In this document: positions 62,864 to 64,000 of the stretch, in pieces | How positions within the stretch are numbered: the stretch's first letter is position 1 | Layout: the number at the start of each line of letters is the position of its first letter | Source: Yuukianura sp. NJ FZ-2021 | Taxonomy: Eukaryota | Assembly (NCBI GenBank): GCA_046563655.1 | Contig: CM102283.1 | Location: forward strand, 2,418,001-2,482,000 | Length of the DNA stretch: 64,000 bases | Direction of reading: 5' to 3' | Notes under the pieces: model-generated | Databases searched by the model: none | Told to the model about the DNA's origin: nothing | Seen by the model: the letters and a program-made list of their open reading frames with translations, nothing else | Made by a program: the position numbers and the translations under genes

Positions 62864-64000
62864 ATGTCCGCTGCAAACCCATTTCCATTGACGTCTACTG
62901 AAGCTGACTTGGTCCCATTAGTAGAAGAAATTGCTCTCGTGGTATGAATGAGTTCTTGCTTTGCTTTTAAACTAAAAATTTTTACCAGTGTTACCCACAA
63001 CGTTGTTATGATTCAGGTGCAGTTTGGTATTAATTTCAGGTTCTTCAGAATAAGCCGCGTGATATCGATGCTTTTTTGGCTGACTACTTGGAAGACCGTG
63101 ACCGTGGCGTGATTCCACCTCCGCAGTTGACTCCTGACCCACAGATTGCTGTCATTTTGTCCAGTCTTCATGGTGAAGTGAAAGAGTCCAAAAGGAAGGA
63201 CACGCCTGCGCCGACGCGGAGAAACGAAAAAAGTGATCCAGTATTTCTGCCAGTTCAGTCACTTACTAAAAAAGACAACAAAGGAACAGACGTAGAGAAG
63301 CAGAAGGCTGAAAATGTTGTAGTTCAAAATGACGTCATTTTGAAAAAAGAATCCCAAAAGTTTTTCGAAATTGAGGAAACTTTTGAAGAAAAGTCTTCGC
63401 AGAAGCCAGACTCACATGCACATGGTGTCATGTCTGCTCAAACGCAAAACGTGCATGGAGCCAACTCTGTACTGAAACAAGATTCACATGCTTGGAATGC
63501 TGCAAACCATCCTCACGCACATCAATCAAAAGCTGCACAGAAGTCCAGTGTACACCAATCGAAGTCTGCGCAGAAGCAAGACATACATGGAATATTGTCA
63601 GTACATAAGCAAGATTTACATGAAGTGAAGTCTGCGCAGAAGCAAAGTAAACAGCATGAGCATAGACCTCCTGTGCATCATTCAAACGCTTCTCGAAACA
63701 CTCTACACGGATCCAAGTCTGTGCAGAAACAAAACGTACATGGATCCACGCCTGAGCAGTCGAGTGACGTTCATGGATCAACTTCGACCTCTGCGCAGAA
63801 GCAGAGCATTCCTTCTGGTCGTGCCATTGGACAGCCCATGGAGAAGTCCAAGGCTGTGGCCACCGTCAGCCCAGAAAAAGCTGCCAACTCGCATGAGGTC
63901 AAGGATTGTCGAAAAATTGTGCTGGATCTCGTCGAGGGAATGAACACAGTCGATGACTACGTGAGTCGTGTTCAGCAGGCACTCAAGGCAGCTCTCCGGC
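62864..64000 (+). CDS. RIIa dimerization/docking-domain protein (Sp17/CABYR-like N-terminus) with 11-aa His-containing repeats; exons 62864-62941 and 63040->64000, partial
   Basis: Spliced LVPLVEEIALVVLQNKPRDIDAFLADYLE fits the RIIa D/D pattern; exon 2 is open for 320 codons to the window end. Confidence 0.7.

Overview
AT-rich eukaryotic (invertebrate, probably arthropod) genomic DNA with GT-AG introns; no prokaryotic features or CRISPR. Most of the window (1 to ~55.4 kb) is the 5' half of a minus-strand IQSEC/BRAG (schizo/loner-type) Arf-GEF gene. It was recognised from a spliced IQ motif and an N-terminal coiled-coil exon, and it has several phase-compatible candidate alternative first exons. 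Nested in its introns are a divergent Rac-like GTPase gene between direct repeats, a PAQR4 gene, MITE-like elements, a two-part satellite array and a ~7-kb virus/Polinton-like cassette. The cassette holds a truncated protein-primed PolB (zinc fingers, terminal-protein/OTU-like region and exonuclease, but no polymerase domain), a spliced Ulp1-like protease and an F-box gene. The PolB ORF runs in frame into a 5' splice site that is phase-compatible with the shared IQSEC exon, suggesting a possible virus-host chimera. The window ends with FRA10AC1, a foldback-like element and an RIIa-domain repeat protein gene. All calls come from manual reading; no searches were run.
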